Positions 44,778-54,800 of a stretch of DNA of 59,138 nucleotides are shown one piece after another. How positions within the stretch are numbered: position 1 is the stretch's first letter; every line of letters starts with the position of its first letter. This DNA is from a virus. Taxonomy: Duplodnaviria; Caudoviricetes. The notes under the pieces are model-generated. The model ran no database searches. It was not told the origin of the DNA and worked only from the letters and a program-made list of their open reading frames with translations. Both the position numbers and the translations under genes were made by a program. The stretch covers positions 1-59,138 of IMG/VR virus record IMGVR_UViG_3300006120_000023. The stretch is one strand, 5' to 3'.

Positions 44778-46824
44778 CAGATTGGCCTTGGTTTTGGAAA
44801 CTGGAAGGAACGATGTCGGGGATCAACCTTCCGCGCCAGCCTGATGGGTAATACTTACCGTTCACCATTTCACCGAGTCTGCGGAAGTCTTCAAAATTGA
44901 CGGGCATGCCGTTGGATTTTTGTGCCATCTTCATGTTGAGCTTTGCCTCTGCATTGCGTTTGGAAGCTTCAGCATAGGCCACAGGGTCATCAGGCTGCGT
45001 ATTTTTTGAGCTTCCCCAAGCCTTCTGCATGTCGGAATAAGACTGGTCGTCTTCCTTCTTGTAGTCATCTTCAAACTTCAAAGTAGGGTAGCGGTGGGGC
45101 TTGTTGTGCTCTGTAACGGCATCCTTCAAGGTCTTCAGCCCTTCGACATACGATTTGTTGTCGTCAATCTTCGTATTGAGTTCGTCATGGGCAAGATTCA
45201 TGGCCTTGCCGTAGGTTTTAGCCATTTCCTTGAAATCTTCCAAGCTCAGCATCGGGGTGTCGTTGGTTCCGGTCGTCCTAGCGGCCTGAGTCTTAATGCG
45301 ATCCCAGAGAGAACGATTGCTGGTTAGCTGTTCGTACTGGGCATGGGTCGGAACCCCTCCCGTGGCAAATCTGACGTACTGGTCGGCAAGATTTTGGGCG
45401 AGAGGTCCCGTGTGCTCAAATTGCTTGGGGTCCTTGATCTGCGCCAGCTGGGCATAGTCCCCGAAAAACCTCACCGCGGCGGGGTGCATCTTGTCCTCCA
45501 CATCTTTGACCAACGGATCCTTTTCAAAGTCTGAAATTGCTGAGTTAAATCCTCCCACCGAGGTGTTGTACTCCCGAAGGTTCAGGCGCTCTTTCCCAAG
45601 ATCTGCGAGCTCCCCTTGGTGCTGCTTCCTAGCTGCGGCAGCGGCCTGCTGGGTCATAACGCTTTCGGGGGAAGCCCACGTCAGGGGAACGTTTCCGTTC
45701 TTGTCTTTCTTGCCGAGAATTGGCACCGGATAGCCGCCAGCAATAGCGTAGTCACGGATGGCGACGGCTTGGTTTTGATTGAAAGGTCCTGTCACACCCA
45801 TCAGTTCCTCAAATGCCGGCTCGGGCTGGAAACCTTGGGCTGAGGGACGGACTTTGTACCCTTCGTTAGCCCCTGTGGCAGCTTCCGTTTCTGTCTGCGC
45901 GGGCTGGGTGGCAGGTCCGGGTTCTGATTTTTGATATGCCCCGCCTTCAACTGCGTTCTGCAATTCAAGGCCGGCCTTCACCGCATCGGAATTGAGTTGA
46001 TAGAGCGCCGGCAGGTTCCGCTTTTCGTAATAGCTGGTCAGATTAGGCATCGGCACAGGGGCGGTATTGACCAAGGGCTGATGGACCGCTGAGGGGACGT
46101 CGGCAACCTGCCCGGGGCCTCCAGTTCCGGAAGCAGAGACATACTGGATCGTGGTGGGGGCGAAAAGATTCGTGGTGTCGAGCGAATTTATCGCGGCCAG
46201 ATTGGGCTGCGGGGAAGCAGCACTGCCCACGTCTTTTTTGATCTCAATCGGGGCGGCATTCCGAAGATAGAAGGAGCTGCTGGCGGGGTTGTATTCCTCC
46301 GGTACCGGCTTGCTTGGCGGAGTCTGCTGTGTCGGGGCTTCGGGGGTCTGAGATTCTTGGGATCCGCGGGACTTGACCCTGTCAAGCACCGACTGGACGT
46401 CAAAAGCTGCGTTGTCATCATCACCCGAGGTTGCTTTGTCAATACGATCTCGGGCAGCCTGCTCAATTTCTTTGTTGTGGCGGGCCGTCTCCGCAAGACG
46501 GAGGTCCTGCTCGCGGATCGTGCTTTGCAGACGGAGCTTCTGCTCGTCCCGGGTTGCCTGCTTTTCCTCTTTAGCCTGTTCTTGCTGGGCCTTGAAACGG
46601 TCGGTCTGCTGCTTGTTCTGGTAAATGGCGGCAATTCCCTTTCCAATCGCGCCAACCGCGGAGGCAACGCCTGCGGAGGCTGCCGTGCTCGGGGTCTGGT
46701 AATTCAGGGGCTGCATTCCCATGCCCGGCATGTTCATCTGCAGCGGGGCTACGTTGGCAAGCACCGGCGACACAAGCGGAGCTTGTGGTACCGCCAATCC
46801 GAATCCTGAAGTTTCAAGGGCCAT
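44761..46824 (-). CDS. internal virion/ejection protein
   Basis: 687 aa, Pro/Gln/Ala-rich with coiled coils; synteny. Confidence 0.6.
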   Translation of the reverse strand: MALETSGFGLAVPQAPLVSPVLANVAPLQMNMPGMGMQPLNYQTPSTAASAGVASAVGAIGKGIAAIYQNKQQTDRFKAQQEQAKEEKQATRDEQKLRLQSTIREQDLRLAETARHNKEIEQAARDRIDKATSGDDDNAAFDVQSVLDRVKSRGSQESQTPEAPTQQTPPSKPVPEEYNPASSSFYLRNAAPIEIKKDVGSAASPQPNLAAINSLDTTNLFAPTTIQYVSASGTGGPGQVADVPSAVHQPLVNTAPVPMPNLTSYYEKRNLPALYQLNSDAVKAGLELQNAVEGGAYQKSEPGPATQPAQTETEAATGANEGYKVRPSAQGFQPEPAFEELMGVTGPFNQNQAVAIRDYAIAGGYPVPILGKKDKNGNVPLTWASPESVMTQQAAAAARKQHQGELADLGKERLNLREYNTSVGGFNSAISDFEKDPLVKDVEDKMHPAAVRFFGDYAQLAQIKDPKQFEHTGPLAQNLADQYVRFATGGVPTHAQYEQLTSNRSLWDRIKTQAARTTGTNDTPMLSLEDFKEMAKTYGKAMNLAHDELNTKIDDNKSYVEGLKTLKDAVTEHNKPHRYPTLKFEDDYKKEDDQSYSDMQKAWGSSKNTQPDDPVAYAEASKRNAEAKLNMKMAQKSNGMPVNFEDFRRLGEMVNGKYYPSGWRGRLIPDIVPSSFQNQGQSDVGQR

Positions 46825-46839
46825 CAGATTTTGGGGGAA

Positions 46840-47349
46840 TTACTGCCCTCCAAAAGTGATTCCTTGGAGAGAAGGCATCAGGGCGTTTGACCCCGAAGAG
46901 GTTTTGTTGGCGGCAGTTGTCAAGGCCGGGTTTACAGCGGGGGCTCCGGAAGCGGATTGGTTGGCGGCAGTAGTCGGAAGGTATCCCGAAGCGGCTCCAA
47001 GATTTGAGGCTGCCTGAGTCTTGGCGTTGCCGAGGTTGAACCCCCCGCCGGTGACTGCATTGCCGGCACCACTTGCGGCGGCAGCGGCTGCCTGCTGCGC
47101 GGCTGCATCTTTGGCGGCTTGGACTTGATTCTGCTGGCCAAGATATTGCTGGGCGGCATTGGCTCCAGTTGCGGCCTGCTGCTGTGCGGCGTTGACTTGT
47201 GCATTCCCGGCTGCCTGCCGTTCTGCTTGGAGGGCAGCTGCCTGCTGAGCAGCCTGCTGGGCCTGCTCTTGCTGCATGAAGGCCATCAGCATCATGTCGT
47301 TATTCTGTTGGACGGTTTGTCCACCGCCTCCGCCTCCGTGTCCACCCAT
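46840..47349 (-). CDS. internal virion protein (Gln/Ala-rich)
   Basis: MGG... start, low-complexity helical sequence; synteny. Confidence 0.6.
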   Translation of the reverse strand: MGGHGGGGGGQTVQQNNDMMLMAFMQQEQAQQAAQQAAALQAERQAAGNAQVNAAQQQAATGANAAQQYLGQQNQVQAAKDAAAQQAAAAAASGAGNAVTGGGFNLGNAKTQAASNLGAASGYLPTTAANQSASGAPAVNPALTTAANKTSSGSNALMPSLQGITFGGQ

Positions 47350-47387
47350 GATCGTAGTTGGTTAAGTTGTTTTGGTTGAAATCTGAA

Positions 47388-47420
47388 TTGCGTTGTAAGT
47401 CAAAATACGAAAATCGGCAA
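47388..47420 (-). promoter_or_regulatory. sigma70-like promoter with ACAACGCAA box
   Basis: TTGCCG-17-TACAAC; the box overlaps the -10 element. Confidence 0.45.
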
Positions 47421-47428
47421 GGCTAAAG

Positions 47429-48292
47429 TTAGGCAAGATACCCTCCCACCCCACCGATCAAGGCCCCCGCGGCGGTTCCATACGGACCAAAAGCCGAGCC
47501 AGCTAAAGCGCCTGTTCCAGCACCTGCGCCGGCAGCGGCAAGTTTGTTGCCCTGAGCCTGTGCGCTGGATGCTTGATTTGCCTGAGCGATTCCAAGTTGA
47601 TTGGCCATCTGGGACTGGACGGTCTGGCCAAGGTTGCTGTACAGGCTGTTCTGACCCTGCTCGAGGGATTGCTCAAGCGAACCGCCACCACCAAGGATGC
47701 CCTGCAGGAAGGCGTTCCCTTGAGCTGCCGTCTGGGCGTTCTGCTGGATGGGGATTGAGGCCGCAACCGAGGGGTCAAGGCCAGTCTGGGGCGTCTGCAT
47801 GTATGGTTGACCAAGCTGGGCGAGGGATTGCTGCAGCTGCAGGCCGGCAAGGGTGCTGCGGTCAAACAATCCGCTGCCGTAAATTGTGCTCTTGTTTTCA
47901 AGACCGGTTCCGTACATGCCCGGGAGGGTCTCTTGGGCAAACTGCTTCTTGGCTGCAGCCTGAACGGCGGCAGGATCAGTCAGCTGGGCAATGGAGGACT
48001 CGGTGTTCTGGCGAATCTTTGCTCCGATCGGATCAACGGCCTGCTGGAGGGCACGAGAGTTGACGGCATTGAGATAGGCGGTGTCCTTTGACGTTCCGTA
48101 TGCGCCAGATTGTCCCCAAATGTCGGCAAAAGACTGCTGCGGCTTAATCTGGGAAGCTGTCAGGAGCATCTGCGCCCGATTGGTCAGGTCTCCCTGCAGG
48201 GCGTTGGACTGAAGGCCGAGCGCGGCCAGTTGTGGAGCAATGCTCTGCTGTTGAACTCGTGGTGCGGATGATCCTCCCATAATGCCTCCCAT
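47429..48292 (-). CDS. internal virion/DNA ejection protein
   Basis: Gln/Gly/Ala-rich with a C-terminal glycine zipper GAGTGALAGSAFGPYGTAAGALIGGVGG. Confidence 0.65.
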   Translation of the reverse strand: MGGIMGGSSAPRVQQQSIAPQLAALGLQSNALQGDLTNRAQMLLTASQIKPQQSFADIWGQSGAYGTSKDTAYLNAVNSRALQQAVDPIGAKIRQNTESSIAQLTDPAAVQAAAKKQFAQETLPGMYGTGLENKSTIYGSGLFDRSTLAGLQLQQSLAQLGQPYMQTPQTGLDPSVAASIPIQQNAQTAAQGNAFLQGILGGGGSLEQSLEQGQNSLYSNLGQTVQSQMANQLGIAQANQASSAQAQGNKLAAAGAGAGTGALAGSAFGPYGTAAGALIGGVGGYLA

Positions 48293-48296
48293 ACCT

Positions 48297-48686
48297 TTAG
48301 CCGTTTAAGCTGAAGACTTCGCGTTCCATGCGCTGAAGCCCCAGCTTGTTCATGATCTTCTCAGGGAAATTCGCCCTGCCTTCAGCAATCGCCAAGGGAA
48401 CGCCAATGTATCCGGTCCTTCCGGAGAGCTGTGTGTGGACACGCCAATCGTTCATAACTTGGATCACATCCTGCGGCCTTGTGAGACCGGGATGGAAGGC
48501 AGGGTAGACTGTGGGGATGAAAACATGGTCGGAATAGCCGAAACATATATCATCCCGGTAGTGTCCGTAAACATTTATTTGCGGATGTGGGACAATCTCA
48601 TGGTCAAAAGATGCAGCAAAGGTCTGCATCTGCTGCATCTCCTGCGTGTTGGGGGCGATGTATTTGTAGGTTATTTGGGGTCTCAT
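48297..48686 (-). CDS. hypothetical protein (slot of T7 gp13-like GNAT-fold proteins)
   Basis: 129 aa between tail and ejection genes; C-terminal MNKLGLQR recalls the GNAT xxKLGF motif. Confidence 0.5.
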   Translation of the reverse strand: MRPQITYKYIAPNTQEMQQMQTFAASFDHEIVPHPQINVYGHYRDDICFGYSDHVFIPTVYPAFHPGLTRPQDVIQVMNDWRVHTQLSGRTGYIGVPLAIAEGRANFPEKIMNKLGLQRMEREVFSLNG

Positions 48687-49720
48687 GTGGCAAAAACGTT
48701 GGTGCTGTCTATGGGCAAATGATAGTTGCTGATGATCGGAGCCGAAGGTTTGGTAGAAGACTTGCTTACATAAACCGAGAAGGATCCGTTATTGTAATCA
48801 ACCCAAGCGTAGGTTGGGTTTCCGTCTGCCAAAAGAAGGTTGTTGTATGGATATACTCGTTTGTAAGAATCTTCTCGATGAGATATATCGCCATTTTCGA
48901 CCAATCCGATATAGTTAGAAGTCATCACCTGCGGCGTCGGAGGGACCCCTATAGAATACCCGGGAATTTCTAGCAAGGGGTTTTCTGGAATGTCTGTGCC
49001 ATATTCACGGTTGTAAAAAGTATCAAACTTGACCCCGATACTTTTTGAGATTCCTTGATACCCAATTCCTCCACCAGTACCCCCTACGGAATCTGAAACA
49101 GCCTGTATTACAAAAACAATACCGTCGGCTACTTCAACGGTATCCCCCGGAGTTATCGTGAAATTGAATTGTACCCCGAAATTTGCCGTAGGTGAGGCAG
49201 CGTCGGCCCTGAAATTGACGGGCGAACTTAGGAACATAGATCCTGCTTGACCCTGCTGCACCGGAGTTAAAACAGCGCCACCATTAGGTCCTAAAACGGC
49301 GCTTCCGTTATACGTGAAGGAATAATCAAAACCCGAGCCGTAATCAATTACCTTGCCGTTAGCAAAAGTGAACTTCAGACCGTTTACTACGTGGGTTGCA
49401 TCAAACAATCCGGTGGCCGAGGTAAACCCAATGTAAGCCGAAGTGACCCCCACAGTAATTCCCTTGGGTGAGATTTGAACCGTGGGGGATCCTCCGACTC
49501 CTCCGGACCCAGAAAAACCAAACAAGCTATTGCTTGAGTCGGTGACGACTTGGCTACGCACAATCGAATTGCCACACACCACGCAGGGGAGGCAGCCCGT
49601 CACGGGGCTTTTGAGCGGCACGGATGAATAGAGCGGCACAACGATGTCGTTTCCATACGGAGAAGAAAATTGGTTAGGGAACGAAGTGACCGGTACGGAG
49701 GCTGTTTGTATCGAGGGCAT
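48683..49720 (-). CDS. virion protein with legume (L-type) lectin domain
   Basis: VLTP...GQAGSMF, FNFTI, ADGIVFVIQ, GGGIGY, SIGVKFDTFYN and AWVDYN. Confidence 0.8.
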   Translation of the reverse strand: MPSIQTASVPVTSFPNQFSSPYGNDIVVPLYSSVPLKSPVTGCLPCVVCGNSIVRSQVVTDSSNSLFGFSGSGGVGGSPTVQISPKGITVGVTSAYIGFTSATGLFDATHVVNGLKFTFANGKVIDYGSGFDYSFTYNGSAVLGPNGGAVLTPVQQGQAGSMFLSSPVNFRADAASPTANFGVQFNFTITPGDTVEVADGIVFVIQAVSDSVGGTGGGIGYQGISKSIGVKFDTFYNREYGTDIPENPLLEIPGYSIGVPPTPQVMTSNYIGLVENGDISHREDSYKRVYPYNNLLLADGNPTYAWVDYNNGSFSVYVSKSSTKPSAPIISNYHLPIDSTNVFAT

Positions 49721-49722
49721 GG

Positions 49723-51858
49723 TTAACAGGGGTTTTGTTGCCGGTAACTCTGAATGGCAGCATTGGCTGCTTGGGTAGCTATAATCTGGGCCTGCTTTTG
49801 GGCGTCGGCATAGGAAACAAAAGATTGCGCGGAGGCAGTCGCTGTAGCGGTTATGCTAAAACTAGTACCACCAACCCCACAATCATTTGAGATTGTTTCC
49901 GACTGCGTTGCGTACCAAGATTGCTGTGAGGTCTGGGCAATCTCGTAGGGTGACTCAACAATGTCAAAGGTTTCGCTTGAGCCATCCTCATTGACCACGC
50001 AAGAAAGGGTCTCGTTGCCCTGAGGAAGACCGACCGAAATTTCTTGGAACGGATCTGTGAAAATACGGACAGCCTCCACGCCCAGCTCACCGCACCATTC
50101 GACAAGAAAACCAAAAGCTTTGTCTATGTCGGAGGCGTATTTTGATTCGCACGAAACATCGGCAGAGGTGCGCTGCACGGATTCCGTGATGAGCCGGCGG
50201 TACTGGGTCCTGAGAAAACCTTCGCTTGCAATCTGGGAGTTGTACGGGCTGTTGCTGTATTGATAGCTGTCGGTGATCGCCAACAATCTTGTGTTCAGGA
50301 TCTGCTGATAGATTCCTTTGCTGCCGCGGTAGGATACCCGAACATCGACCGTGCCGCCGAGCTGAGAACATTCAACTTCGCCGTACTTGAGCTGCTTGTG
50401 GTCCAACCCATCCCCCAAGAGTCCGGTCTCGATCTGGCAATAGATACGGCTGTACTTGGTGGTGGAAGTCCCGTCCGGATTTATCTGCAGGTAGGTATCG
50501 ACCCGCTCCGGCATGAAGGATTCCCAGAGATGGTTGAAGGATCCATCGTTGGTGGCGACGTAATCAACGGAGAGATGGAACAGACGGTTTTGTTTTCCGA
50601 CGGTTCCGGCCATCCACTCAATCGGCCTCGTGCCATTCCACACGCCCGCCCAAGCAGGATTCTGCCCCTGACTCAGTTCGCTTGCCGGCGCATAGTCAAG
50701 GACCATCGTCGTGCTGGGAAGGGGTTCGAGATAGGGGATCGAGTAGAGAAGAAAGTTTTCAAACGAGGCCGCACACACGCTGCTAAGATCCGCGGGCGTG
50801 AATTGCTTTACCCGGGCCATCTCGACGTCTTTGTACAGAACCTGAGAGGACAGATATGAAGTTGCGGCCACGTTGGCATTTACAAGACCGCCTTGGGCGT
50901 ACCACCAGACCAGACCTGCTTGGAAGGTTATGGATTTTCCCGCAATGCACCCCACCGTTGGGAATAGTGTGTTCTGAAAATTGGGTGTGGCTGCCCACTG
51001 GGCTCGATCAAGGATTCCGCTGGCAAGCGAATAGGTGGATTTGTCTGTCCACACGAGCAACCGGGTGTCCGTGTTTTGGCCTACATAATCGACCATTGCC
51101 GTAATTTTTCTCGGGAAGGTGAAGTCTCCCCTGCCGGCGCCCTGCGTGCGTTCAACCCAGCTGAGAGGATTACCCAAGTCCGAGGCCAAGACAACATTCC
51201 CGCTGGCGACCCACAGCCGGTTTCCCGAGAAGGCCATCCAGTATCCGATCGGCATTGTTGAGGACTGTCCGCCAAGCGAATCGCTGCCGTCCCAATACCC
51301 GGGGGAGCTGACGCCGTCCTGAACGACCAAAAGATTGTGTGCGGGGACGATCGTGGTGTCACCTGACGGGAGCACTGAGGTGGTCTGAGAGGCAACTGTG
51401 AACACCACTTCCTGAGCGTTGGGGTCCAGCGCAATGTTGGACAGCTTGTAGTCATTCCAGTTGGAGGGCTGGGTCAAAGGGAACGGTGCAAAATATACAG
51501 AACCGCCCACGGCGAATACGATGTAGTCAAGCTCCGTAGCAAGTGAAGCAGTGCCGTCGTAATTATAGATCGTGGCGTTTACCGTTGAGGTTCCGCCGGC
51601 GGTCACCGTGGTTGAGGCCGCGGTGAGCTGTTTATTGGACGAAAAAAAGCAGCCGCCTTGAAGATTCCCGGGAGGCAAGGACAGCCGCATGGATTGGCCG
51701 GGACGTGTCTGGGCAATCCCACCGCGCACGGAAACATTCACGCCCCATTTGATCTGGTCGGCGGGAAGGTTCCAAGGGTTGCGTACTGAATTGACTCCGT
51801 GAAGCCAACCCGCCGTGATTTTCTCAACCCTGCCGGCGGTTATGTTTGGGGACTTCAT
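49723..51858 (-). CDS. tail tubular B / nozzle-like protein
   Basis: Start MKSPNIT at 51858; beta-rich, with MAFSGNRLWVA...ASDLGNP; follows the adaptor gene. Confidence 0.65.
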   Translation of the reverse strand: MKSPNITAGRVEKITAGWLHGVNSVRNPWNLPADQIKWGVNVSVRGGIAQTRPGQSMRLSLPPGNLQGGCFFSSNKQLTAASTTVTAGGTSTVNATIYNYDGTASLATELDYIVFAVGGSVYFAPFPLTQPSNWNDYKLSNIALDPNAQEVVFTVASQTTSVLPSGDTTIVPAHNLLVVQDGVSSPGYWDGSDSLGGQSSTMPIGYWMAFSGNRLWVASGNVVLASDLGNPLSWVERTQGAGRGDFTFPRKITAMVDYVGQNTDTRLLVWTDKSTYSLASGILDRAQWAATPNFQNTLFPTVGCIAGKSITFQAGLVWWYAQGGLVNANVAATSYLSSQVLYKDVEMARVKQFTPADLSSVCAASFENFLLYSIPYLEPLPSTTMVLDYAPASELSQGQNPAWAGVWNGTRPIEWMAGTVGKQNRLFHLSVDYVATNDGSFNHLWESFMPERVDTYLQINPDGTSTTKYSRIYCQIETGLLGDGLDHKQLKYGEVECSQLGGTVDVRVSYRGSKGIYQQILNTRLLAITDSYQYSNSPYNSQIASEGFLRTQYRRLITESVQRTSADVSCESKYASDIDKAFGFLVEWCGELGVEAVRIFTDPFQEISVGLPQGNETLSCVVNEDGSSETFDIVESPYEIAQTSQQSWYATQSETISNDCGVGGTSFSITATATASAQSFVSYADAQKQAQIIATQAANAAIQSYRQQNPC

Positions 51859-51860
51859 GT

Positions 51861-54800
51861 TTAATAGGAGCCGTCGTAATAATCGTAGCCTCCCCAACCG
51901 GAATCAATCACGGGATCCGTCTTGTCGCCGTAGGTCAGGCCGTTGACTTGGATGGGCTCGATTGCGTGTCCGTCCATGCTGGTCTGTTGGCTCCTCAGGT
52001 AACCAAATGCTACCTGCCAATACTTTTGGGATTGCTCAATGAAATCTTTTTCTTCCAAGTCAATCGCATGCACCGCGGCAAGGATTGCACGCTCCTGCTC
52101 AATGGGAATGTAATCGTAGACGCTGGTGATGTACGGGTGCTGCACCCTGTAAAGAATGCGTGCCCACGCTGCCGGCTTGCCGATACGGATCCTGCGATAC
52201 TTAGGATTGACCTCGGTGGGGTGGTATTGCCCGATCAGCGTCATGTCGTTGCTGCGACCGTAATCGTAGGCGTACAGGCTGATGTAGCCTTGCGTAATCG
52301 GCTTCTCGATGTGATAGATTGCCTTGACGAAGGTCGGATCTTCAACGGCATCAAGGAAGAACGTGCTGGTGGAGGTGTTGCCCGTCGTAGTGTACGAGAT
52401 AAGTCCAGCTGTGCTTGTGGTGTTAATTGCCTGCTGCTGGGTGGGGTAGAGTTGAATATCGGCGGAGTCGATCAAGCGTACATAGTACGTAGTTCCGGCC
52501 ACAAGATTGGGGTCAAGAATATCTCCGGTGCTTGCACGAGGTATCACTGCCGTGCCGGTCTCAAAGATTGCGTTAGTCAGGACTACGGTATTGGAAGCTT
52601 TTGGAGTAACCCCACGCTGCACCAAAAGATTCATCTGCCCAACCGGAAGGCTGGTAAGAGAGACCAAAGAACCTCCCGAATAGACCTGAATGTAGCTTCC
52701 GACAATTTGAATTGTGTAGTCGGTATTGGGTGCAAGCCCCGTCGGGAGGGATCCCCCCGAAGCCGTTGAAAACTGCACGGTCTCTCCATTCTGGAGATAT
52801 TGGAGCGAATTGAGGGCGATGTAGTTTTTGTAGATCGAGGGGTTGACCGATTGCTGCAAGGCAAAATAACCTTGCCCGGTGCCCAACGAGGTTACCGTAA
52901 CAAGGCTGGTCAGTCCGGAGTCGGAATAGACCTGAGCCGTGGTATTGGTGAGTTTCTTGAGGTAAAATTGTGTGACCCCGTTGTCGATCGCAGGGGACGT
53001 AATGGGCAGCAAATAATCGGTGCCGAAATAAATCCCCGTGCCAGAGGGAACGCTTGCAAAATTACCGGACCAAGTGTTGGTAAAGGCAACCGAGAACGCC
53101 CGTGTGATGTCTAGGTACAGCTGCCCGCTGCCAACACTGGTCAGGGTCAAAGGGCTGTAGTCATCGTTGAAAAGAGTGAACCTGCCACCCGAAGCGGGAA
53201 CCTCTGCGCGATAGGTTGCCCCCTCCTGAAGCGGGGCAGGCAGGGTCCCAGTAGAAGAGAATGAGACAAACACTCCAGTAGAAGGCGTGACCGTTACCGC
53301 GGGCGCCGTGCCATAATTAGTTCCCGTAGAAACAACGGTGACTTGGCTTAGTACGCCATTTGCAATCGTGCAGCTGGCGGTTGCTGTGGTTCCGGAAGCT
53401 GGAGGGGATAGCGCAATTATCGGGGGCGCCGTGTACGCCGTGCCTGCGTTTGTGATAAAGATTCCGGTAACAATTCCACTCGAGTTGATTGCAGCCACCG
53501 CAGTAGCTCCAGTTCCAGTGGTGTCACCGCTGGCATTTGTGAACGTTACCGTGGGTGCAATCGTGTATCCCGTGCCGGCATTTGTTATGGAGATCAAATT
53601 TACGGCTCCGTTAGAAATGCTGGCCGTTGCAACAGGGGCTGTTTGAGCTCCGGTCGGGGTTGCAAAAGTAATGGCGGGAGGGACCGTGTATCCACTGCCA
53701 CCATTTACAATTTGGTATTGCGTAACGAAAGAGTAGGACACGACCGCCGTTGCTGCCGCTCCTGATCCCCCACCGCCAGTGATTGAAATTGTTGGTGCCG
53801 AGATATAGCCGCTTCCGGGTTGGTCAAGGACGATTGAAATTACTTTGCCTGCGTCAACCCCAGTTACCGTTCCAATCACGGCGTGTGCTGTTGCCCCATA
53901 CCCACCGCCTCCGCTGATGGTGACAGTAGGAGCTGACGTGTAGCTGCTGCCCTGCGCGGTTTGAGTAATGCTGGTTACTGAACCGGAAACCACAGCCTGC
54001 ACGCTTGCCCCAGATCCGGCTGCGGTTGGCAAGTTTGTGAATCCGGGAGCCGTAATTTGACTTGTGGATCCAGTAATAGCGGTGGCGGGTATTAGTTTGG
54101 TTAGGATGTTCTGCCCTGACCCTGCCGTGGTGAGGAGGATTGGATTGTTTCCCGTCGCGGTATCTGCCGCGGACGTGTGGAGAATAATTGTGGTCGAATC
54201 TACAACCTGAACATAATAGTTCTGAGCGGCAATCAAGGGCTGTGGAAGCGTTCCCCCATTGGTCGATGCCTGCACAACGTCTCCGGTCTGGAAAAGATGG
54301 GGTGCATTAAAAGCAAGTTTGGTGATCGGAGCGATCGGGTAGCGGATCTGGATGGTGAATCCAGAACTCGACCCATTCAAGTAGATTGGGTTGATTCCGT
54401 TGAGGGCGTCGGACAGCGAAGCAAAAATTTGGAGGTTTGTGGAGTCAAGGGCGTTTGCAAAGTAAGTGACCCCAGACGTGAGAGGCGCCGGCAGCGTTCC
54501 AGAGAAAACAACTTCGTTTCCTTTGGATACCGTGATCAAAGGGGCGGAAGAAAGCAGAACCGACGTGACGGGGTTAGCGGTCCGCGTGTCGGTAAGAGTC
54601 AACGTGCCTGCATTAGCAATGCTGCTCAGGTTGATTGGGTATTCTCCCTGCTGTGCGTACAGCGGGTCGTTGTAGAGCTGAATCGTGGTAGGATTGACGA
54701 CCCCAACGTAGTATTGGTTGGAAAGCGTAAGGCCCGTAGGAACGGTTCCCGTTGAGGAAGTCAAGACAACTGGCTCTCCGGAGCTGAGCTGGTGGGCAGA

